Shown here in pieces: positions 53,367 through 64,000 of a stretch of DNA of 64,000 nt. Source of the stretch: Eledone cirrhosa (Eukaryota); contig OZ024761.1 in assembly GCA_964016885.1 (NCBI GenBank), positions 17,608,001 through 17,672,000 of the forward strand. The letters are read 5' to 3'. Both the position numbers and the translations under genes were made by a program. The notes beneath the pieces were generated by a model. It saw only the letters and a program-made list of their open reading frames with translations. It was not told the DNA's origin and ran no database searches. The first letter of the stretch is position 1. Each line of letters begins with the position of its first letter.

Positions 53367-53775
53367 GGAGAGATGACCCCTTAGCCTTTGTCAAGGCATT
53401 ATTCTAGGAGAAAGAAAACTCTGATATAACACCTGCAACCCTGATGGTATCCAATGATGTTGACTTGTTCTTCTTTTTGGTAAATATCATCTTGGTTAAG
53501 AGAGTGGGACTGGCTTTGTGCAGTGCCTTTGCTCACTATAAAAGCTTCACAGCACAGGCATTGCTTTATATCTGGAGATCTCTCTGCACTTGTCGTCACA
53601 TGGTACCATGGGCCCAGCACTATGTGTCAATAATTGTCACAAGTGTAGTGTTTGTACCAGAGTTTTCAAGTCGCTGGCTGGACTAAAAAGTCACACTCGT
53701 TCAGCGCATTGGTAGGGGTTCTCCTACATGGATATAAAGTAGTGGCCGTACTCGAAAACGAGTTGGCAGCCACCA
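53367..53775 (-). mobile_element. Copy of the 6921-7530 repeat
   Basis: Nearly identical reverse complement; the chance ORFs at both sites differ by only a few residues. Confidence 0.8.
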
Positions 53776-54085
53776 TGTTTATATGTATATAAGTTTGTGG
53801 GAGTGTATGTATGTATGTATATGTGTGTATGTGTCTGCAGGGTTGTCTTAACAGCATTTATAGGCTCCCGGGCAAAGCAGAGCACTGGGGCCCCTACACA
53901 CACAACCACTCACAGGAATAAAAATACAAATGGGCCCCCTATCCTCGTGGGGCTCCCGGGCAACTGCCCAGCGTGCCCATGCATTAAGACGACCTTGTGT
54001 GCTTGTATTATCTACTTACTATGGATGTTTTGAAACAGTGAGCAGGTTTGAAATTAGAAAATAGAATAGCTTTCACCGTATTTTT

Positions 54086-54342
54086 TGACTAAAGAAATTT
54101 TAGTCTGAAAATGGGGTTTAGAACCCTCAGATAAATGGAAAAAGATGAGTATTGACGTACATGGGAGTCGAACCCACATCTTTGGTTATCCAGACCACTG
54201 TGCTACCATTGTTGGTGTAATGGTAGCACAGTGGTCTGGATAACCAAAGATGTGGGTTCGACTCCCATGTACATCAATACTCATCTTTTTCCATTTATCT
54301 GAGGGTTCTAAATCCCATTTTCAGACTAAAATTTCTCTAGTC

Positions 54343-54343
<1 letters not shown>
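54086..54343. mobile_element. Hairpin element with tRNA-like arms
   Basis: 125-bp arms and an 8-nt loop; contains TGGTGTAATGGTAGCA (A box) and GGGTTCGACTCCC (T arm/B box). Partial copy at 54960-55120. Confidence 0.8.
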
Positions 54344-54387
<44 letters not shown>

Positions 54388-54501
54388 TGATTCCAGTTCC
54401 TCAGTGAAATAACAACCCAACCAGGAACTGGGCATATTAGAGTATTGACAAAATTATACACCTCAACAACATATGTACTTGTCTATACCACACTAATTCG
54501 G

Positions 54502-54556
54502 ACTGCCTGAAGAGGTCACAGCCAAAGATGGCTGTCACCGATATATATATAGCAGT
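54502..54556 (+). ncRNA. Hammerhead-like motif, variant core (GAUA for GAAA)
   Basis: ACUGC-CUGAAGA-GGUcACAGCCA aaga UGGCUGUcACC-GAUA-UAUAUA-UA-GCAGU; stems I and II are well paired. Confidence 0.55.
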
Positions 54557-54715
54557 AATAAACGAAGCTAAATTTTGAACATTTGACTTTTTATTTTACA
54601 TTACTCCGGAGTAACCAAACAAACCTGCGCACTTCGTCGAGTGCTCCAGCCTGCATACTGAGGTGTTGGTATACAACCAACATATACTCAAAATATATAT
54701 ATACATATATATGTG

Positions 54716-54752
<37 letters not shown>

Positions 54753-55130
54753 TGTTTGTCGATAATTGCATTTGGTAGTTATATTTTTGTTTTAACTTTT
54801 TCCCATAGATAACTTCACCTCCCCACCACCACTTACCTCCTTACCCCCCTGCCAGGAATGACATTCAACTAATGTACATTCCATTGCACGTGTTTTTGTT
54901 ATATGTACAGTTGGTCGTCTCCAGACATATATTACAGCCATCTGATTGTGCAGTGTGTCTGGTTATCCAGACCACTGTGCTACCATTGTTGGTGTAATGG
55001 TAGCACAGTGGTCTGGATAACCAAAGATGTGGGTTCGACTCCCATGTACGTCAATACTCATCTTTTTCCATTTATCTGAGGGTTCTAAACCCCATTTTCA
55101 GACTAAAATTTCTTTAGTCATATATATATA

Positions 55131-55164
<34 letters not shown>

Positions 55165-55169
55165 CATTG

Positions 55170-56890
55170 ATCTAGATGAAATGCAGTTCGAGTTTGTGTC
55201 AGGCAAAAGTACCACAGACGCTCTTTTCATTGTACGACAACTACAGGAGAAGTACCTAGCTAAAAGTAAACTCCTATACTTAGCTTTCGTCGACTTGGAG
55301 AAAGCCTTCGACAGAGTCCCCCCGTTCCATTATCTGGTGGGCTCTTAGAAAACTAGGTGTTGATGAATGGCTTGTGAGAGCTATACAAGCCATGTATAAA
55401 GAAACAGTCAGCAAGTTAGAATTAACAACGAATATAGTGAAGAGTTTAGCGTAAAAGTTGGTGTTCATCAGGGCTCTGTTCTTAGCCCCCTACTATTTAT
55501 TATTGCCCTCCAGGCTATAACAGTGGAGTTCAAGACCGGCTGCCCATGGGAACTCCTATACGCAGATGATCTAACGCTCATAGCTGAATCAATGGCCGAG
55601 CTAGAGAAGAAATTCCAAACATGGAAGCACGGCCTAGAATCAAAAGGCCTTAAAATTAACCTGGCTAAGACTAAAGTTCTAGTTTGTAAGAAAGAAAATA
55701 AGGCGGCGGTCCCCTCCGGGAAGTGGCCATGCTCAGTGTGTAGGAAAGGCGTAGGTAGAAACTCCATTTTGTGTCCCAAATGCAAAGTATGGGTGCATAA
55801 AAGACGTAGTGGGATCACAGGTAAGCTAACTAAGAACATAGATTTTACATGTGGCCGGTGCTCTGGGGCAATAAGTAGCAGCAAGTGCCCATTAAATACT
55901 AGCTCTTTCAACTGCGCAGAGGGTTCTATAGAAATAGTGGACAGGTTCCGTTACCTGGATGACAAAATCAGCAGTGGGGGAGGGTGCTCTGAAAGTACAG
56001 TAGCTAGAGTCAGAACTGGATGGAAAAAGTTCAGAGAGCTTATACCACTATTAGCCGCTAGAGGGTTCTCCCTAAAAATGAAAGGCAGGTTATACGATGC
56101 CTGCATACGAACAGCAATGCTGCATGGCAGTGAGACCTGGGCATTGTGTGCAGAGGATATACGCAGACTAGAGAGAAACGAAGCTTGCATGCTCCGCTGG
56201 ATGTGTAATAGTAATATACGTGAATGGCAAAGCATAAACGAACTAAGGAAAAAATTAGAAATAAGAGGGATCAGATGTTGTTTACTCGAGAGAAGGCTAC
56301 GTTGGTATGGTCACGTGATGCGCATAAAGGATGATAGCTGTATAACAAAGTGCAGGGCAATAAAGATAGACGGTAGCCACGGAATAGGCAGACCCAGAAA
56401 AACCTGGGACGAGCTGATAAATTCCGACCTCACACACTTACACCTCACCAAGACAATGTCACTGGACCGAGACCTTTGGCGGTACTCAGTAATAGAGAAG
56501 ACCCGCCTTACCTAAATACAAAGTAAAACCTACAGTCAGTAGGCATCTCTAACAAAATACACCCCCGTCCCATCCACACCGCCCCTTTCAATGTAAAGTT
56601 ATGTTGGTGCCACAACATCCAGGCCGAAACAAATGAGATCGTGTAGGTGTCACGTCAAAAAACACACAGTTCACGCTGTAATGTGGCCGTGTAGGCAACA
56701 CGGTAAAAACCTCCCAGCCCCACACTGTAAATGTGGTTGGTGTTAGGAAGGGCATCCAGCTGTAGCAAACCCGCCAGACAGTCCTATGCGAGCAAGACAA
56801 CCACTCTTGCCTCAAGTGGGAAACCTCCGTCCAAACCCATGCAAGCGTGGAACACGGACGTTAAACGATGATGATGATGATGATGATGAT
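55170..56890 (+). mobile_element. 5'-truncated RTE LINE (RT with frameshifts, 3' UTR, (GAT)n tail)
   Basis: STTDALFIVRQLQEK...AFVDLEKAFDRVP, QGSVLSPLLF, LLYADDL, internal Cys-rich insert, RRLRWYGHV, GRPRKTW; stop at 56515. Confidence 0.93.
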
Positions 56891-56894
56891 ATAC

Positions 56895-56928
<34 letters not shown>

Positions 56929-57289
56929 TGTTTGTCGATAATTGCATTTGGTAGTTATATTTTTGTTTTAACTTTTTCCCATAGATAACTTCACCTCCCC
57001 ACCACCACTTACCTCCTTACCCCCCTGCCAGGAATGACATTCAACTAATGTACATTCCATTGCACATGTTTTTGTTATATGTACAGTTGGTCGTCTCCAG
57101 ACATATATTACAGCCATCTGGGTGTCTGGATAGACCAGTCTAACTTGTCTGGCTGGCTGGCTGTCAGTTTGCCTAGCTGTCTGTCTGTCTGTCTCTCTCA
57201 CTGTCTGTCAGTCTCTCTATCTGTCTCTGGCGCTTTCTGTCAGTCTGTATGTCTGTGCTGTACAAGAGAAAAAAAGATTTATTTTGGCA

Positions 57290-57560
57290 TTGAGAGTGAT
57301 GATGATGGTGGTGATGATGATGGTGGTGATGATGGTAGTGGTGATAGTGATAATGGTGGTGGTGGTGATGAGAACCGATGTGGGTGATGGTGGTGGTGGT
57401 GGGAACCGATCTGAATGATGGTGATGATAGTCATGGTGATGGCAATGATGGTGGTGATGATTGTATTGGTGATGGTAGTGGTGGTGGTGGTGATGATGGT
57501 GATGATACTGGTGATGGTAATGATGGTAGTGTTGATGACAGCGGTGATGGTGATGGGAAC
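57290..57560. repeat. (GAT/GGT)n low-complexity tract
   Basis: Mixed trinucleotide repeat. Confidence 0.9.
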
Positions 57561-57699
57561 TGATCTGAATACATTGAGCTTTACAGAGGAAATAACAAGA
57601 AGAACACAAGTGGAGGGAGGAAGACCTGGGTAGAAGTGGTGAGAACTCAGCAAGCAGCAAACAGCCACAGGAAACAAGTACCACCAATCTCTGGGAGGG

Positions 57700-58598
57700 C
57701 CCTGTAGAAACAGTAGACAGCTTCTGCTACCTAGGTGACCGAATTAGCAGCGGAGGTGGGTGTTCAGAAAGTACAATAACTAGGGTAAGAACGGGATGGA
57801 AGAAGTTCAGGGAACTACTGCCACTGCTAGCTGCAAAAGGCTTTTCTCTCAAAATGAAAGGCAGACTGTATGATGCATGTATACGAACAGCAATGTTGCA
57901 TGGTAGTGAGACGCTGAAGGTGGAAGGCTTACGTAGATTAGAAAGAAACGAAGCCTGCATGCTCCGATGGATGTGTAATAGTAATATACGCGAATGGCAA
58001 AGCATAAATGAATTGAGAGAGAGACTGAGCATAAGAGGAATCAAATGCTGTGTGCAGGAGAGGCGGTTGCGTTGGTATGGACATGTGATGCGTATGAAGG
58101 ATGACAGCTGCATAAAAAGGTGCAGAGCACTAGAAGTCATTGGAAACCGCGGAGTGGGGAGACCCAAGAAGACCTGGGATGAGGTGATAAAAGCCGACCT
58201 TACCCAATTATACCTCTCAAAGGCGATGACACACGACCGTGACCTCTGGCGTCACACAGTAATACAGAGTACCCGACCTCCCACGGGTACAAGCTGAAGC
58301 ATATAGACAATATGCCCCCCACACTCTCCCACTGCAAAGTGGTCGTGGAGGTACCATGGCAAAAAAGCACCCAGCCCACACTGTAAAGTGGACGTGTAGG
58401 CGCCATGGAAAAAAGCACCCAGCACTCACTGTAAAGGAGGTTGGTGTTAGGAAGGGCATCCAGCTGTAGAAATCAAGCCAAAATCAGTTCCTGTATGAGC
58501 AAGGCATGGTCAGTCGACCTGACACTGCCCACAACAGGACAACCCGTCTAACCCATGCTAGCATGGAAGAACGGACGTAAAACGGTGATGATGATGAT
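57700..58598 (+). mobile_element. RTE LINE 3' fragment
   Basis: KGRLYDACIRTAMLHGSET...RRLRWYGHV...GRPKKTW; SINE-like 3' UTR and (GAT)n tail. Confidence 0.9.
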
Positions 58599-58711
58599 AC
58601 TGTGTGTATATATATATATATATTCTGTGTGTATATATATATATATATTCTGTGTGTATATATATATATATATTCTGTGTGTATATATATATATACTGTG
58701 TATATATATAT

Positions 58712-59900
58712 ATCATCATCATCATCATTTTACGTCCGCTTTTCTCTGCTTGCAAGGGTGTGACAGGTCCTATTCAGCACAGCATCTCTCCACTTGTCAC
58801 GGTCCTTCGTCATCTCCTCCGTGAGCTTCAGCAACCTGAGGTCTGCTCTCACGACCGCCGCCCATGTTTTTCATGGTCTTCCTCTACTGTGTCTTCCTTC
58901 TACTGGGATTTCTTGGCACTTCTTTACCCAGCGGTCATCCTCCATGCGCATCACATGTCCATACCATCGCAGTCTTCTCTCCCACACACTACAACTTATC
59001 CCTCTTATACACAGTTTTTCTCTTAACTCATCGTAAAAGCAGTCTTTCTCTTCTTTACCTAGGTCTGCCTGGGTAGCATAGGCAGAGATGATTGTCAGCA
59101 GTCTCTTGCCTACAACTAATCTAAGCTTAATTATTCTATTTCTAACTCTAACTACCTCCATTGTCTTATCGATCCATCTCTCAGCCAGTAAAATGCCTAC
59201 CCCACGTAACCCATCATCATTACCCACCCAGAACAGCTTATAACTAAGATGTTTGCCTGTGATTAATCTCACTGAGGCACCTCTCCACCTCACTTCTTGC
59301 CCACATCCACATGCCTTCTCTCTAGCATCTCCACTATCTCACCAGATCTACCTGTTAGAGTGCCACATTAAGTGTGGCAACTCTGAGATGCGACGTCTTC
59401 ATATTCTTGTTCTTGTTCCTGTTGTGCGCTTGCTTGATAATGGTTGGGGGGGTTCTTGCACATGGCCGCACCAGCCACCCCACTACCGTGCGCAGCCCTA
59501 CCATGGTTACTGTTATTGCTGTTTACGCAGTCGTTGCAATTCTCATTTGTTGTGCTCATAGTTTTTGGCAGTAGTTTGGCTGCCCTTCCTAACACCAGCA
59601 CCACTTTACAGCATGGACTGGGTGCTTTTATTCGTGCTACCAGCACCAGGGAAGTTGTCTTACTGGACTTAGGGGACTTCTCTACCCCGCACCAATTTAT
59701 TCGAAGTGGTACATCTCCTAGACGGGTTGCCTACGCTACGGCTTATGGAGCCTCCGTCCACCCCGTGTCTGCACTGAGCGGAACTTGGTTTAATGTGGTA
59801 TGTGCACGTGTGTTTAGCGTACAGCGCCAGGCATGCATGCCGGAAGCTGATAGATATAAGATGGGTGGGTGGGATGAGAAATGGCGATTTCCTAGCCCCT
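58712..59900 (-). mobile_element. Internally deleted RTE LINE (endonuclease N-terminus joined to RT C-terminus)
   Basis: EVRWRGASVRLITGK...YKLFWVGN...GVGILL...LTIISAYA.Q...FYDEL (APE domain) runs directly into RRLRWYGHVMRM...GRP; (GAT)n tail. Confidence 0.8.
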
Positions 59901-60116
59901 GTTATCCTAAACACAGCTATTCTATATGAGCAATTTTCCGTTACGAATATACGCATGTACATGACATATATATATATTAACAGCTATATAAATACAAACA
60001 GACATTAGTACATATATATATATATAAATATATATATATATAAATAAACATCATAAACATCGAAAGAAGGAAATTGATAATTTTTCCACTTATCTTCTCT
60101 ACGCCAAATATAGAGA

Positions 60117-60151
<35 letters not shown>

Positions 60152-60155
<4 letters not shown>

Positions 60156-60605
60156 AGTGTAACTTAGAATTACTGCAGGTTCACCCGGGTGAGCACTCGA
60201 TGTTTAGGTTCACTTCTGTGTTGAGGCGTAGAGTTATACAGTGTAATATATTGAAAGGATAACAAGGACGATTGGTTACTCCTTCATTACATTTATTGGT
60301 AGGTGACGCGCGTTCCGCCACTGATCAGCTCAAGGTTCGATCTGTATTGATCTTACCCGACTCAATAGTCGGCAGCTCAACAGACCCTTTACAATGCCAT
60401 AAGAAAATGAATACATGCTATGTGCTGACTTTATCACATAGCATGTATTCATTTTCTTATGGCATTGTAAAGGGTCATTTGAGCTGCGGATTACAGAGTC
60501 GGGTAAGATCGATACAGATCGAACCTTGAGCTGATCAGTGGCGGAACGCGCGTCACCTACCAATAAATGTAATGAAGGAGTAACCAATCGTCCTTGTTAT
60601 CCTTT

Positions 60606-60610
<5 letters not shown>
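60152..60610. mobile_element. Second copy of the 10372-10780 hairpin element
   Basis: About 175-bp inverted arms (60247-60424 and 60435-60610), flanked by TA tracts. Confidence 0.8.
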
Positions 60611-60643
<33 letters not shown>

Positions 60644-60865
60644 GAAGGCGTGTGGCTGAATGGTTAGAGAATTGGATTCACAATCGTGAGGTTGTGAGTT
60701 CGATTCCTGGACCGGGCGATGCGTTATGTCCTTGAGCAAGACACTTTATTTCACGTTGCTCCTTCTACCTGGAGTTGTGACCGATAGATAGTACTAGCAA
60801 CTGGAAAGACCAACGGAAACATTGTTTCCTCGGTCCGATTTAACGAAAGTCGATCGATGTGTATA

Positions 60866-60910
<45 letters not shown>

Positions 60911-61050
60911 TGTATATATGTGTGTGTACATATTAAATGGTGCATCATGTTTTCTCATTTATCTCTGAAACATATTTCACACCAATTGGAATTCTGACAA
61001 TTTAATTATCACAGAATACATCGCCTCCTCCACCACCATTGCCATTACCA

Positions 61051-61500
61051 TCACCACTGCCCCACCACTGCCATTACTGCCATCTCTACCACCACCGCCA
61101 CCTCCTCTACCACCATCACCACTGCCCCACCACTGCCATTACTACCATCTCTGCCACCACCGCCACCTCCTCTACCACCATCACCACTGCCCCACCACTG
61201 CCATTACTACCATCTCTGCCACCACCGCCACCTCCTCTACCACCATCACCACTGCCCCACCACTGCCATTACTACCATCTCTGCCACCACCGCCACCTCC
61301 TCTACCACCATCACCACTGCCCCACCACTGCCATTACTACCATCTCTGCCACCACCGCCACCTCCTCTACCACCATCACCACTGCCCCACCACTGCCATT
61401 ACTACCATCTCTGCCACCACCGCCACCTCCTCTACCACCATCACCACTGCCCCACCACTGCCATTACTACCATCTCTACCACCACCGCCTCCTCTACCAC
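61051..61500. repeat. 65-bp CCA-rich minisatellite, 7 copies
   Basis: Unit starts at 61051, 61116, 61181, 61246, 61311, 61376 and 61441. Confidence 0.9.
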
Positions 61501-62119
61501 CACCACCACCACCTCCTCTACCACCACCACCACTGCCATTACCACCTCTACCACTTCTCTCTTTATTCTCTGCCTCCATTGCTCCTTCTCACCTTTTAGA
61601 CTTCAAACAACGATGCCACCGCTCTCCTCCTTCTCTGCCTCTTCCCCCACCCTACTCCCTACCCTCTGCTATTTCCATACCTCCCCCCTGCCCTACCACC
61701 TCTGCTATTTCCATTGTCCTTACAACAAACAGACAGATAAAAACAGACAATATGTGAGAGAGTGAGAACGAGAGAAAGACACTCACCTGATTGTTTGTAT
61801 CATTGAAATAATTAATATTCTAATTAAGTAAACGAGATGTCATGTTGACCCCAGGTGTCTGTAGTGCAGTTGTTCCAGTCCCCATTGGTTTCTTCATTTA
61901 TGTAATTTAAAATGTCTTAAATTTCTCCGAAGATGTCAAGTAAATTTCGTTGTGTTGTATTTCCCACATGAGTTGGTAGTATTGGGACAAAAATACCTTG
62001 CTGTGTTTGTTCCAGCTCTCTGTGCTCTGAGTTAAAGTCCGCCCTCTCAGGAATTCTCTCTGTGCTAGAGCAGTGGATTGGTGGAACTGTTAAGATTGTC
62101 TGACTAAAATATCTTGTAA

Positions 62120-62592
62120 TTAACCCTTTAGCATTTGCATTACTCTATATATACTATTGTATTTTCATGGTAAAGGCTTTACCTCACATAATATCTCACA
62201 TAACATTTACATTACTCTATATATACTATTGTATTTTCACAGTAAAGGCTTTACCTCACATAATATCTCACATAACATTTGCATTACTCTATATATACTA
62301 TTGTATTTTCATGGTAAAGGTTTTACCTTATGTAATTATCTCACAATATCGAATCTACAAGATTTTGATGTCATTTATTTTGAGAACTATACTTTGACAT
62401 AAGTATCAGCAACTGGTTATGGCCGGTTTGAACAGAAAAAGGTGAGAGGATTCTGGCCGGTTTGAACAGAAAATGGTGAGAGAATTCTGGCCGGTTTGAA
62501 CAAAAAAAGGTGAGAGGATTCTGGCCGGTTTGAACAGAAAATGGTGAGAGAATTCTGGCCAGATATGGTTGGTTTAAATGCTAAAGGGTTAA
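62120..62592 (+). mobile_element. piggyBac-type MITE with two internal tandem amplifications
   Basis: TTAA-CCCTTTAGCATTT...AAATGCTAAAGGG-TTAA. Confidence 0.85.
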
Positions 62593-62859
62593 TGTGGAAA
62601 GTGATAGGTTAAACAATGCAAAATGGATGGTAAGATGAAGTAATGAAAAAGTAAGTTAGCTGGTAATCTTTGGGTTTCTTTGAGGGGGTTTTGTTGCTGT
62701 TGTTTCTTTCATCCTTGTGGTATTTGTTATGGTTCTTTGTGTTCTGAGTTCAAATCCCACCAAGGTCATCTTTGCCATTTGTCCTTTTGATGGTCATTAA
62801 AATAAAGACCAGTCCTGGGTGTTGGTGAACTGGTACTTCATTGTCAAAATCTTCACCAC

Positions 62860-63510
62860 CATCATCATCATCATCATCATCATCATCACTGTTTAGCGTC
62901 CATTTTCCAGCTAGTAGGTGACTGTGTCTAGCTCACACAGAACTGTTTCTGACTGGGTTTCTAACACCAACCCCATTTACAGTGTGTACTGGGTGCTCTT
63001 TTGCCGTGCCAGCAACTCAGCCACCATACAGGGTGGCCTGGGTGCTTTTTGTCATGTCACAAACACAACCTCCTTTGTTATGTCATCAACATGACCACCT
63101 TATAGGTGCTTTTTGTCATATTACCAGCCTGACCACTTTACAAAGTGGACTAGGTTCTTTTTGTCATGTCACCAACATGACCACATTGGAGGATGAGCTG
63201 GGTGCTTTTGTTGTAGCACCAAAATGACCACTTTACAGAGTGGACTGGGCGCTCTTTTGTCATGTCACCAGCACGACCACTTTACAAGGTGGACTGGGTG
63301 CTCTTTTATAATGTTACCAGCACGACCACTTTACAGGGTGGACTGTGTGCTCTTTTGTCGTATCAGCAACTCAACCACCTTACAGGGTGGATTGGGTGCT
63401 TTTTGTCATATCAGCACCACAATCACTTTACAAGGTGGACTGGGTGCTCTTTTGTCATATCACCAGCATGACCACTTTACAGAGTGGACTGGGTGCTTTT
63501 TGTCATGTCA
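62860..63510 (-). mobile_element. SINE/RTE tail with tandemly amplified ~50-bp internal unit
   Basis: (CAT)n followed by about 10 diverged copies of ACCACTTTACAG.GTGGACTGGGTGCT.TTTTGTCATGTCACCAGCATG. Confidence 0.7.
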
Positions 63511-64000
63511 CTCGCGTGAGATTGTTGAACAGAAATGGCTTGCTGTATTTATTTCAGCTTTTTATGATTTGCACCCAAATACTTTATTTTATTGACCCTA
63601 AAAGGTTGAAGAAACAAGTTGACCTCTGTAATTTTTGAACTCAGAACCAGAGCATAAAGATCTGGATTAAATACTGAAAGGCTTATTATTTTATGCTCTA
63701 ATGACCCTCGTGGGAAAAAAAAATCTCTAGTGAAATTAAAGAGAAGGTATTTGAAGTTCATAAGACATTTTGCGTAACGCTCCAGTGATTCTTGTAATTC
63801 TCCATTAATCACTGAGCTACCAAATGATGGTCAGGGTTGGCCTATGGTTAAACAACAACAACAACAACTGCAATAATCTTACTCCACACGAAGGTAAGTA
63901 GGTGAACAAGGTCCCACATCTCCACCCTACCCGTCCCATCCATGTCTTTTAGGTGTCAGATGTCATAGAAGTATTAGTACAACAGCAACAATAACAACAA

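Noticed and set aside
54211-54278. tRNA-Ser(GGA)-like gene
   Set aside because: No acceptor stem, imperfect anticodon stem, and part of a duplicated hairpin repeat.
61039-61599. 186-aa His/Pro/Thr-rich ORF (also 2297-2720 and 57217-57687)
   Set aside because: Product of a CCA-rich minisatellite or trinucleotide tract; no splice or homology support.

Overview
AT-rich, microsatellite-saturated eukaryotic DNA. The SINE, RTE and Penelope content suggests an octopod cephalopod, but the taxon is an inference. Four host genes can be read from the sequence. (1) The last coding exon of neuferricin/CYB5D2 (+, 2206-2422). (2) A complete XRCC4 (-, 13443-22484) with 10 coding exons, reconstructed by hand with consistent GT-AG phases (945 nt, 314 aa) and including a 28-nt microexon. 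(3) Coding exon 1 of ELP4 (+, 23934-24069), head-to-head with XRCC4; I found no later ELP4 exon in the window. (4) An uninterrupted 3.4-kb ORF for the FERM-PTP phosphatase PTPN14/PTPN21 (Pez) (+, 32731-36174), apparently nested on the same strand inside ELP4 intron 1. The remainder is mobile DNA: a Tx1/L1 3' end, many RTE LINE fragments, two tRNA-derived SINE families, TTAA piggyBac-type MITEs, a mariner derivative and several minisatellites. The most striking non-genic signal is a set of Penelope-like terminal-repeat fragments in (TA)n tracts, often as long hairpins, carrying minimal type-I hammerhead ribozyme motifs of several unrelated sequence families. Nearly all other ORFs in the supplied track are microsatellite artefacts. 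Repeat boundaries are approximate; no database searches were run.
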